Source: Candidatus Multiplicimicrobium inquinatum (GTDB lineage: Bacteria; Omnitrophota; Omnitrophia; Omnitrophales; Aquincolibacteriaceae). Taken from it: 64,000 nt of DNA. Made by a program: the position numbers and the translations under genes. Positions 36,202 through 48,200 of this stretch are shown here, one piece after another; within the stretch, counting starts at the first letter, position 1, and each line of letters begins with the position of its first letter. The notes under the pieces were generated by a model. The model was not told the origin of the DNA. It did not search any database and saw only the letters and a program-made list of their open reading frames with translations. The stretch covers positions 21,061 through 85,060 of the forward strand of contig DDUN01000038.1 in NCBI GenBank assembly GCA_002344825.1, read 5' to 3'.

Positions 36202-39200
36202 TTGATGGGACGGCATCAGCAGTTCTTAAAATTTGTGGCCACAGCTGTCATCATGTGTCTTTTGGCGCAGGATGCGGCGGTGGCATTGCCATCGCAGACT
36301 ACAGACTACAGACCACAGACCACAGACTCTGCGGAAACTCCCGGAGTTGAGGGATCGCATCTCCGGGAGTTGGGCTGGTTAAGCACAAAAAACCTTGGAA
36401 CGATTGATGAAGAGTTCCAAGGCACGAACGGTAAAAGCATTACCTTCATTCTCGATGCCCACGACTCTCTCGACGCGCAAAAGAATATTGTCCGAATTAT
36501 TCAACGGGCAACAGCCTCAGGCCGGGTTCGAACCGTCTTCGAAGAAGGTTATGAGGACGAGCTCAATACGGATGAATGGTTTGGCGATATCCAAGATGAT
36601 CAAATTCGCCGCAAAGTTGCTTACTATTATTTGGATCAACTTAAAATTGGCGCAGCAGAGTTTGCGCATATTAATCGGCAGAGCCGATTAGGACAAAGAA
36701 CAAAGGACAAAAAACAAAGCACCGATTGGCAATTAGTCGGCGCGGACGACAAACAAGCTTATCTTGAAAACGTGCGCGCTTTCGGTGACTCTGAAAAAGT
36801 CCGCGCGAAAATCCTGCGTGACACGCAAGCCATTCAGCGCGAACTGAAAGCTGTAGGCGCTAAGCAGCTTACGCCCGAAGCTCAAAAGTGGATTGCCGAT
36901 TATCAGCGCTTCCATGAGCATGCGCTTCCTCTGCTTGATTATTTAAATCGCTGGCTTAAATTTATTCCCCAAGAAGCTTGCCCGCTTTTACGCCGTATTT
37001 TGTCCGCCGCGCAAGATTTAGAACTTGCGCGCAGTATTCAACGGATCCGCGCCGCAGAAGTTTTAATTGAAATCAAACAATTCGAATCCTCACTGGAAGC
37101 GCATTTTTTTGAAGAAAGACAAACCGCCGAGATTTGGCAAGCACAGAAAACCATGGGTTCCGTTGAAAAATTGACTAATCTTAAAATTTCAAGTCATGAG
37201 CTGGATGAGCTTAAGCAGAATTTGAAAATGTGGGATACGGAAAGCCTTGCGCCCTTGCTTGCTCGCGCGAAGAAAAATCCTGTCGTGCTTTCCAAACGCT
37301 GGGAAACACTCATTCAAGACGCGCTGAAATTTTATGAGCTTGCGCATAAAAGAGATATGGCGGTGGAGAGAGCTCTTTTAAGTTGGAACAACTCCTCGGC
37401 TCCGCTCAGGGCAAGCGAACAAGAGCCAAAGGACAAAGAAGCGGTTTTGGTGTTCGGCGGTTTTCACCGCGAGGGAATTACCGAAATTTTGCGGCGCAAC
37501 GGATTTTCTTATACGGTTGTCATTCCTAAAATCACCGATTTTTCCAAGCGTCACCAATTGCTTTATCGCGAAGCTATGAGCGTTGGACCACGGGGCTCGG
37601 GCCACGGAGCCCGCCAAATGGTTCAAGCCGCGCGTCCGCTTTCAGGTTTTTATGATCACGGCTTTCGTTATGAAATTCCGCTTGTGGCGGCTCTCGCAAA
37701 AGAAAATCCAAAGCTAGATCAAAGAAGCTTTGCCTTGCTTGTCGAAAGAACACTTTTAGAAAAAAGTTCAACAACCGTGGCGCGTGGAGTTAATGGCGAG
37801 AATCTGAGCCGTCCCTCGGCTTCTCCCAACACGCGCCGCCTTTTGTTTTCAGCTCGCTCCGAATCTCGAAAAAAAGCAGAGAAGGTTCTCGATTATGAAG
37901 AAATTGATTTTGGGACTAAAAATCGTTTTTTAAAGAAAGCTTTGTCCACCTACTTAACTCCCAAGGTGTTTGAAACGGGCGGATTCATTTATAAATGGTT
38001 CGGGATCCAATATTTCATTTTTTTACTTAATCAATTTGACCGTCAAAAAATTCTACCGCGGTTACCCGTAAGCCTTTCCACCCCGCTTACGGATTCAAAG
38101 CCCGAAGAAGAAATTTCTGTCTCGGGACGAATCAAAATGGGATCTGCTTTAGAGATTATGCATCTCGCGGCATTTTTTATCATATTGGCTTTAGCCTCTA
38201 TGGAGCATTTAAGTGCAGATAATTTTGGAGCCACGTTATTGCATTTGGGAAATGTAATTGCAAATGTGTACCCCATTTTTGTTCAACGCTATGTTCGGGC
38301 AAGACTATGGCCTCGATATATTCAGATAAAAGAAAATGAAACCAACCGTTCCGAAGCCCGCGCGGGAACAGCCAAGAAGGAAACGGTGATTCGGAGCCCC
38401 GAAGTGCTGCGCCTTGCTTTGGGAAAATTCAATATTTTAAATTCCGGCGCACTGCATGAGTTGTTTTCTTCTCAACAAACAAGCCTGCAAAAGCTTACAA
38501 AAGCTGAGCGGGACCTTTTAAGGCGTATAGCGCTAATAAGAGACTCAACGAAAAAAGTTATGCGTAAAGAGAAGGGTGAGAATGAATTTCATGGGCCCTT
38601 TGCTCCTGCAAACGTGAGCCAGGTGATGACGGTTTTGAAGCATCTTGGAGCAAAACAGGGCGAAAAAATAATGGATCTGGGTCACGGCGAAGGGAGCGTG
38701 CTTTTTGGTGCGGCGGCGCTGTTTGGTCTTCAGGGTCTTGGCGGGGAGCTGAATTCCTATCTTTACAGGAAAAGTGCCGCGATTCAAGCGGAGCTGGTTG
38801 ATGCCGGGATTTTAGACGCGGGCGCCGTCGAGCTTAGAAAAGAAAACTTTAATCAGCTTGATCTTCGAACTGCTGATTATGTTTTCTTTTTTTCATTCGG
38901 AGGAAAAGTTGATCAGGAGAAGCTCTTGCGAGAGTTAAAGCCCGGCGCCAAATTCATTCTTTTGGGACTTAAAAACACCAATTGGGAGCAGGAGGAATTA
39001 ACCGGCTACTCTGATTTTTCAAAATTATTGGAAAACGGGCAGTTTGAACTTGTGCGATTTCCGGAACTGAGAACTTGGGTTTTCACAAAGCGGTCCGCGC
39101 GTTCCGAAATGCGCGAAGCAACTCGCGCGCAGATTTTGGAAATTTTAAGGAATTTCGAGCAGTTTCGTGAAAATATAAAAGTCAGCGAGCCTGTTGTGTG

Positions 39201-42200
39201 GGATTTAGAGGGGGTTGAATTAAACCGCGCACGGCCGCTGTTGGTGCTTCCTGATATTCATGGCGACCTGGAAGGCATGCTCGCCATGCTTTATTTCAGC
39301 GGCGTGATTGACCGCGAGGGCTTACCGACGGGCAGCGCGGATGTGATTCAGCTGGGAGATGTTATTAACGGGCGCGAGCAATGGTTTGAAGCGGATGATT
39401 ACCTGCGTTTTTTACAGCAAGAATTTGAGGAACGGGGACTTAGTCTGATTCGCCTGGCGGGCAACCACGACGTAAAAGTTTTGAAAGCCTTTGATCGCAA
39501 GAAATATTTTTTGGAATGGGTTTATGGCCCGTCCGAACGGCAGTTAAGCGGGTTGCGGGAATTTTTTCAGCAGTATTTATGGAAAAACCCGGGCAAACAA
39601 GGCCGGCAACTATTAAGAAAAAAGTTTACTTCCGTCGGTCTGCCGCTTCATATTTATTTTATTTTGGAAAAAGCGCGGGATTTTTATCAGGCAGTTAAAA
39701 ACGATATTCAAACCGGAAAAATCAAAGCGGCGGCAAGATTCGGCAATCTTTTTGTCACACATGCCGGATTGTCCCCGGCCGCGATGGAAGAGGAGTCCCT
39801 CGGTGCGGATTTTGATGAGAAAGCGGACGTTCTCAATCGGGCTTTTCAAGCATGGCTTTTAAAAGAAAGCAAGCCAAAGCAAGATGAGAGAACTGCAGAC
39901 GACGAAACAGTCGATGAACGCATCAAAATCATTCTGAAAAAAGCTCTCGGAATGAAAACAGCCGAAGGATTTAAAAAATCAAGCGTTTGGCAATTGACAG
40001 GGCATCGTCCTAAACGGCATAAACGCGTGAGCTCTGATGAGCGAATGATTTCCGCCGACTTTGATTTAGCGCGCCGCTTTGAAGTCTCCGAAGACGATCC
40101 TGTTTATCCGCGCATTTTATTTTTGAAGGAAAACCAGTTAATCGAGCAGGAAATTAAATTACCGCGCTTTGAAAGTCCGCCTTCGCCTGCAGATGACGGG
40201 GAAACATTGAAAGAAGAGTTTGTTGCCCGTTTTTCAACCGAAGAATTAAAAGAGTTTGAAATAAAGCCTGTCTCCCGAATTCGACTGATTAATTTGATTC
40301 AGGCCGCGATTAGCCAAAGCGGTGTATTAGAAAGCGCGTCCATCCAAAACGACTCCGTTTTTGTGAGAGTCATTGAGACAGCCGCCCACGGGGAAAGCAG
40401 CATTACGTTGCCCGCGCAAAATTATCATATTGGGGGGTATCATTCGACACTGGCAGAAGCTTATTTACAGCAAAACTATTTGGCGGGCGATGAGTTTTTG
40501 AACACGGTGCACGCGATTGAAGTTTGGCGCCGCTCCGAGGCGCGTTATTTGGAAGCGGAAAAAATTTACTTTGACAGCCCTGAATTTTTGAGCGCTACGC
40601 ATTATTTTAATGAAGCCGTCATTGTGCGAGACGAAGCCGGGACCATTCAGCCTATGGACTGGAACAAACTCATCACAATTTATGAAAGACTGCGGGGCGA
40701 TGATGTCAATGCCGAGTATACAGATGAAGATCGGCAGCTGAGGCTTTCGCATGAAAATGAGCCGTGGGCTCGGGAATGGCTTCAAAATATAAACCGGCAG
40801 GATTTAACTGGCGACGAAGCGCTTAATTTAGGAGTGAAAATCTACCGCGATAGCAGCGAAGGCGATGGCAGAAATCAGATGTTTGTAAAAAAAGCGGGCT
40901 TTGACCGGGTTCGCCCCCCCAAAAAAGCAGGAGCTTATTTTGAGCGGCACCCTGCCGATGGGCACCATGGTTTGGCTTGGTTTTTAATGAATTTTTTCTT
41001 GATGCGCAATGGATACGCTCCTTTTTATTTTAAGAATGAGAAAGAGTATTTGAAAATTCCGATCGACTATTACAACCGTGATGAAGGCGCGGCTCGTTTG
41101 CGTCAGCTTCTCCGCGAAAGAGTTTTTTCAGAAAACAAAGGCAACCGTTCCGAAGCGCGGACAAGCGATGAAATCGGGCTCCAACAAATTAAAAATACGG
41201 AAATTGCTTTGACGCCGCGCGCGTTTCACGGCCGAAATTGGCTTCGCTATCCGTGGATGACCACAAGAAAAAAAGTTTGGGAAGTTTTCGGGCTGCCCGA
41301 CCCGCGCGATGCAAAACCGGCGCAGCAAAAAACATCGCGCGACATCACCTTTATTAAACGCAAAAGTGACCGTCATCCGGTTTGGGTGATTTTAGAAAAA
41401 GACAAAGTCCGCTTCGAAGAAAAATTTGCAAGAGAATTACTTATGCTGCGCGGCAAAGCCCGTTCCGAATCTCGAAACGACCCCAAAAAACAGGCGGCGG
41501 AGTTTTCAAAAAAAGCGAATGCCATTATCAAAGCACGGGGCAATTTAGAAGAAGCCGCGCGGCTGGCGGAAGAAGCCATCGAACTTGATTATACAAATGC
41601 ATTTGCGCATGTGGCGCTTATTCAGGCGCGGCGGGGGCTGGGTCAGTATAAAGACGCGCTTGAAGCATTTATCTCAGCAGAGCGGGATATTCCCGATAAC
41701 CAATACGTGCGCGCAATGTTTCCGGGTATTTTAAATTCTTTCGCGGCTCAATCAGCGGAGCAAAATCGGCTTGATGATGCCATAGACACTTTCCGAAAAA
41801 TTTTTCCGGATACGCCGGAAGAACTTCAAGAAAGCGTTAAGTTAACGGCTATGCGGGCGCGTGAAGCCTTAGCGTATCAAGCCATTGAAAGAGGCGATTT
41901 TGGAAAAGCGCTTCAAATAGCCGAGCAAATCAATCAGATTTTACCTAGCAATCAAACAACAGATCTTATTTTAGCGACAGCATTTATTCATCAAGGCCAG
42001 CCCGGGCGCGCAGAAGCACAGCTTGATTTCTCGCGCAGAAAATTTTTAGCGCGGAATCCCCGAAGTTATTTAATTAAAGCTTTGAGCGCGGCACATAAAC
42101 TTCGGCCGAATGAAGCGAAGGCAATATTAAATGAAGCTCAAGACGTATTTTCAGCTGAGAAAAGCATTGTGGGGGTGATTCAAAAGCACTCGAAGCTGAT

Positions 42201-45200
42201 TGAAGCCGGCGCGGATGTTGGCGAATTACTTAATCAAGTAAATCGAGATCCCGTGCTTGCTGCGCGCGAAGAAAGAATTATTGCCGGAGTTTCTCGCTCC
42301 GAATCGCGCCGGCGCTCTCAAGATGAGGGAGAAAAAATTTTAAAACTCCATACGCTTTATATGGATGTGATGCGCAGAAAAGCAAATGCGTGGAAAGATG
42401 GAGCTGAAAAAGTAGAAAGCGCGGGTTTTTTAGTTACGGACGTTGGCTATTATCCGATTGATACGGACAACGAATTCGAACACTTGCTGGCGATTTTCCC
42501 CAAAATTCGTGATAAGACAAATTTTAATCAACCCCTTCGCTTTCTTGATTTAGGATCAGGCGCCGGCAAGCTTTTGATACAAGTGCTAATGCTGGACGCC
42601 CATCTTAATGGAGTTGGCATCGAATATGATCAGGCGCTTTATGAAGTTTCTTTAGACCTCGCTGAAGAAGCCGCAAAACAAAAACTTATTTCTCGTGAGC
42701 GCGCGCATTTTTTAAAAGGGGACTTTTCTGTCCCTGAATTTGAAAAAGAAATTTCTTCCGCGGACGTTCTTTTTCATTATCAGGCAAGCTCATTTGACCC
42801 CGCGCTGCTTGAACAAGCATTGATTCGCTCGATGCGCCCAGGAGCCAAGCTTTTAGTATACGGGTCATCTCGTGATTATTTCCCAAAACTATCGGCGCGC
42901 GCTGGTTTTGAACGGGCGTTTGATGAGACAGCGCGAGTGACAACTTATAAAAGAAATTTCATGCCGCGCGAGCCCATCTCTTATCAAGATACAGCCGTTG
43001 TTTTTGTGCATACCGCGGGCATGGGGGATCACTCACTGCCTTTGGCGCTGGATAACCGGCGTGTGATTAAAGATGCCGTGAAAGCCATGCAAAATTTAGG
43101 CGGCAAAGAACTTGAATTTTATATTGACGGTCATCCGAGCTATTTGCCGCCGCGACCCGATCGCATTCGTTCCCGACAAGAAAACACAGCCGCGCTGACT
43201 TCGCCCTTTAGCTACGATTTTGATCCTGTCCGCAATCTGCGAAGATTTGTTATGGCTGGGGGAGAGTGTGAAGCTTGTTTTCAAGCCGCGCTCACTTCGC
43301 TATTGGAAGAAAGCAGCGGGCAAGCAGCACCGAAAGAAATCCATTTAGCCGCGGATGCTGTGTACCAAGTTGTTCCGGTCCCAGATGAAGATGATCTTCG
43401 CGGAGTGCTCCATGAATCAAAAGCTGTTTCCAGCGAGCAGGTTTTTGACATGGCAGCCAAAACGTTGGCTCGAAACAGATTTACTTCGATCGGCAAAATT
43501 TCTCGAGCTGAAAACTTTTTGACCCAAGGCACATTCTCAGAAAGCTCCCAGGTTGTTGTTTGGGACAATTATCGTGAAATGATTGATTGGATTCGTGCCG
43601 ATCAAAAGAGATCTGAGGCGAGAGCCAATTTCAAAGCTGTTTGGAAAAGTGCGACAACCGCGGATGGCCAAATGCGGATGGCTTTGGGCTTGTTGCGCCG
43701 TGTCGAGCAATCACGAAAAACGCGCGGCTTAGATCTTCCGGACAAGCTAACTGAAATTTTAAAAAATGCGGATGAAATCGGCGTCGGACCGCATGCGCAG
43801 CTGAACAATACCATTGCTCTTTTGCGTATTTTAGGAATTCACGTCGCTTTTAAATTGATCCCCGGCCTTGGAACGGTAGGCGCGGCGGGATTGGGGATGA
43901 TGGCGCTGAGTGGGCCTTGGTTTTTTGCGGGCCTTTCTCTTTTTATGCTGCAGGGTTTTTTGCGCGCGGCAACCACCGCGTGGTTCTTAACGGGAACGCA
44001 ATTGCCCGCAAAAACAGGGCTGGCTTTTCTATCGGCAATTCCGGCGCTCGGAATTTTGGCGGTTCCGGTTTATATGCTTGCTTTAAAAGATCAGCGCGGG
44101 CTGGGTTTCGCTATTTTAGATTACTTTTGGAATTCCGCTTGGGACAAACTTCTTTTTCCATCATTGATGGCTTTAGGAGCGGGACTTTTTTGGGTATTGC
44201 GTTGGGGAGTGAATCTGGGAGTCTTTGCTTTAATAACAGCGGCTTCTGTTATTTTTTTTACTGGGTCAAAATACATGGAATGGCGTGATCAGGGACGGAC
44301 TGTCTTGCAAAAAACAGTTGAAGCTGTTTCGGTGATAGGCGCGCTTGCCGGCTTTGGGGCAACGATCTTCTATTTTGGATTTTTCAGTCTGGCGACACTT
44401 TTTGTTTTTACCGCAATGGCTGTTCTTTTTAAGGGACTGCAAATATTTTTTGATTTTCGAGAGCGGCTTTTCCGTAAATCTTTGAGAGAGCCCGGCTCGC
44501 CCGCAGCGGCTGAGAAAAAAGAGGGCGATTTTAAAAACCGCTCAGAAGAGCGAAGCGCATTAGAGATTTTTGATGAAGCGGCGGACAATTTATTAGCTTA
44601 TCCAAAAGCGCTTCTTCATTCACGCGGCTTAGAGCCCTATCTGGATGCGTTCGACCGCGAGCATTATGCCTGGGATGAAACGCATCAGCATTGGGCGTCG
44701 AAAGACTTTCATCCGACGATTACGGGCGCGAAGCGGCTTATTTTAGGGTCTTGGGAAGATATTCGGCGCGCCTCGCCTGGTGAACACGCGCGCATGAAAA
44801 ATTTTGTCGCCATTCGTTTAAACACAACAGAAGGAGCGCGCAGTTTTTATGCTTTTGATGACCACGGCTGGTCGCTTCAGGCTTATGCCGAGGCGCATTG
44901 GCGCGGAGAAATTCCGGCGCTCGGCAACACACAGATATTTATAGACAAGCACGGTGATGATCGAAAAGTACGTGACGGGCAATATTACGCGGAAAGGTTT
45001 ACCGCGATACTCCGTCAGGATGCCGGAACGAACAATAATATCGAATTTGATATGGGCGGTTTTAATAACACGCTTTGGTCTTCGGGGTTTATTCCGAAAG
45101 AAAATCATCATCGATATCATGCCCGCATGAGCTGGCTCAAGGAAATGATGATCGGTTTTCCAAACAATCGGGCTGTTTTGCTGAATGTCGATACGGACGT

Positions 45201-48200
45201 GACAGAGTTTATCGTGGGTGATTGGGGGAACGAAATGCCGCTTGGTTTGGGAGAAGAGGATTTTGAGTCGCTTGCCGTTGATTTAACCAATTTACGCGAT
45301 CAATACGGCTTGACTCCGCTTACGGCGCATTTCACCACAACGCATTTTGAAAATGAAAATTTGGCAGATTTTTCTTTGCATTCAAACCGCATTCAATACG
45401 GCGACACCGAGCTTGCGCGTTTTCTTGCCCGCATCGCTCCGTTTATTTATTTTGTGAAAGATCAGCCCGTCGAATTGCGCGATCAGGCGATTGCGCAAGC
45501 GGCGCAAGAACATGCCGCGCAATGGAAGCAGGATTTTGGCGCTAAATTTAACCGTTCCGAAATGCGGGCGGAAATCATTTTTCCCGATGCGCAAAAAGTG
45601 AAAGATGTTTTTGAGAAAGCGGAGGGATCCGCGGTGCTTTCAGAGGAAGACCTTGAAACTGCTGTTCAACAAGCTGTGGCGGAAAGCCGTGCGTGGCTTG
45701 CCGACCGTGTTAAACAAGAAACGCCCGAAAGCGAAAGACGGGCCATCGCGCTTCAGGCCGCTGAAGAAAAAATTGACGAAAGAACTTTGTATTTAGAGCC
45801 CGAGCATTGCGGTCAGCAATGCGGTTTTTCTTCGGGGGATGTCAGAGACAGACTGTATTCTCTTTTGGGGGCGAAGGTCAAAATTCGGCGTATTCAGGCT
45901 AAAGATGGCTTTGGTGTTGCGCAAAGCCAAAAACACCTTCTAACACTTATATCGTTGCCGGACAAATCCAAAATTTTCCTTATAGATTTAACTTTCGCGC
46001 AGTTTATGGATCGAAAGAACAGCCCCTCTCCTTACATTGGGATGCAATTAAAAAGCAATGCGCCCGATCAGCTGAATACGCTTTTACGCCGCGGCTATGT
46101 CGATTTAACCGAGAACAAAGACTTTTTAACGCAATACGCTCAATCTTTTCTATCTGAGGCGGAGGATGATGACGCGCATTATCCTTTAGAGCATTTTCCC
46201 GCTGAGTATATTGCTGATCACACCGATTTGATTTCACAGCCCATGAGTGATTTTATAAATATTCCGGCAACCGCCGAAGAGAATTTCAAAAAATCTTTGG
46301 AAGAGCGCGGAACAAAATTTCTCATTTTAGCAAAAGAGCGGCGTGAAAGAATTTGGAGGGGATTTTTAAGCTTTTACCGGAATAGCGCAGGGCAGCAAAG
46401 CAATTTAAAAACAGAGGATGGCCGGTTTTTTGAATTTAGCGCGCGCTCCGAAATGCGGAATGATGAAGTGGGCAACCCTTTTTTCGTAATGGTTCACGGG
46501 GAATCGCGATATTGGCAAAAATTAGAAAGCGAGGGTTATTTTTCAGAAGAAGACAGGTCTTTGATCTTTGACGCCGTGGATGGATTAATTCGTCCCGATG
46601 CTTCAATTTTAGATTTAATGTCAGGCAGAAAAATTAGCTTTTCAAAAAAGCAGCGAAATATCACCGCCCTTGGATTGACGGAAGCTATTCTGCGCCAAAA
46701 TAAAATCGACGGAAAGATCGATAATTTTGATGTGCAGGACCTAAACCGTAACTCTCAACTACCTTACGCTGATAAAGCATTTGATAGCGTGGTGATTTCT
46801 TTTGGCATCATGTATCTGACGCAGCCGGCGGAGGTTTTGAAGGAAGTGCGCCGTATTTTGAAGCCGGGGGGCAACTTGATCGTGATTTACGCCGAAGATT
46901 CCTGGGCAAGTTCTTCCGCGGTTGCTTTATGGAACCAACCAGGATTATTCCGCTATCGGGGAAGCCGTATTTATGGGCCGCCGTTTCTTTCGGATGATCA
47001 CCAGGAATTCAGTCAATTTTATGGCCAAAGCGATGTTTTAAACTTTTATCTGCGCGGCGCAGGCTTTGAAATTACGGAGCGAAAAAGAGTTTTTGGAAAA
47101 AAAGACACGCGGGTTGTTGGTTCTGAAATGTTTGCTGAGATGGAAACGCAGAATATTTACCAAATTGTTTCTTCCGGCTCGTCCGCGCGATCTGAAGCGC
47201 GGCTGGATGAGTTGCTGGATAAAAACCGCCGCAATGCGGATGAATGGAAAGAAACGATTCGTCTTATTAAAGCCACTTTGCCCTTGGCCGAGGAAGTGAC
47301 CCCTAGGATGATTGTTGAAGCACCGGCGGCAAAAGGAAAATTGCGTTATCAGACTTTAGTTATGGCGGTTCATCAAACCGGAGGAGATTATGCGAGCTTT
47401 GGACTTGATGCGGAGGAAAAAAACTCAATTTCTGAAAAAGAAACCAAAATCAAAGCGGCAGCTCGAGCTCTTCTAGCCGAAAAGAAAAGCCCAAGTCCTG
47501 AGGCCGTTTTGAGTTATCTTCAAAAACCAGCACATTTCTTTAAAGGGTTAGATGAAGGCGCGCTAAAAAAGTTAGGGCTTGTTTTTCCTGAAAAGAAAAA
47601 GACGGCGGATGAAAAATACATGCCTATTTTAGAAGCGCTTGTCCAAGCAGGAGAAAAATTCGAAACGGTTCGTGAGATTGCTATCGCGGCCGCAGGCGTT
47701 CCTGAGAGCTACGTGAAAGAGCTTGGCGCACCTAAGCTTACTGCTATGGGACTTCTCACAGGGGGAACAAACCCATATGAAAAACTTTCGCAAAGATTTC
47801 GAGTTGCTCGCCAAGCTAAAATTAATGCAGCGCAGGCTAGAAAAACCCCCGTACGAACAATTGCCGAGCTGTCTGAAAGCACAGGTATTCCAGCCACAAC
47901 TTTAGCGAAATATACCGCGCAGCAGTTAGAAGAGCTTGGTTACATTCCGCGCCCCGTCAAGCTTGAGCGCGCGGTAAAAGCTTTGCTAGTTGAAAATCCC
48001 GGGCAAATTATTTCTTATGAAGTATTGGCTCAGAAAATAACTGAAATGGGCCTTGAAGATCTGAAGCCAGAGCAGCTGCGCGAATGGAATGCTTATCAAA
48101 AGCCGCCTTTTACCGCACAGCCCGGCTGGAGGAAGCGTTTCGAGCCGATCATGAAAGCCGTTGAAGTACTTGGAACGAATGATAGCGAATTAGACTTATT

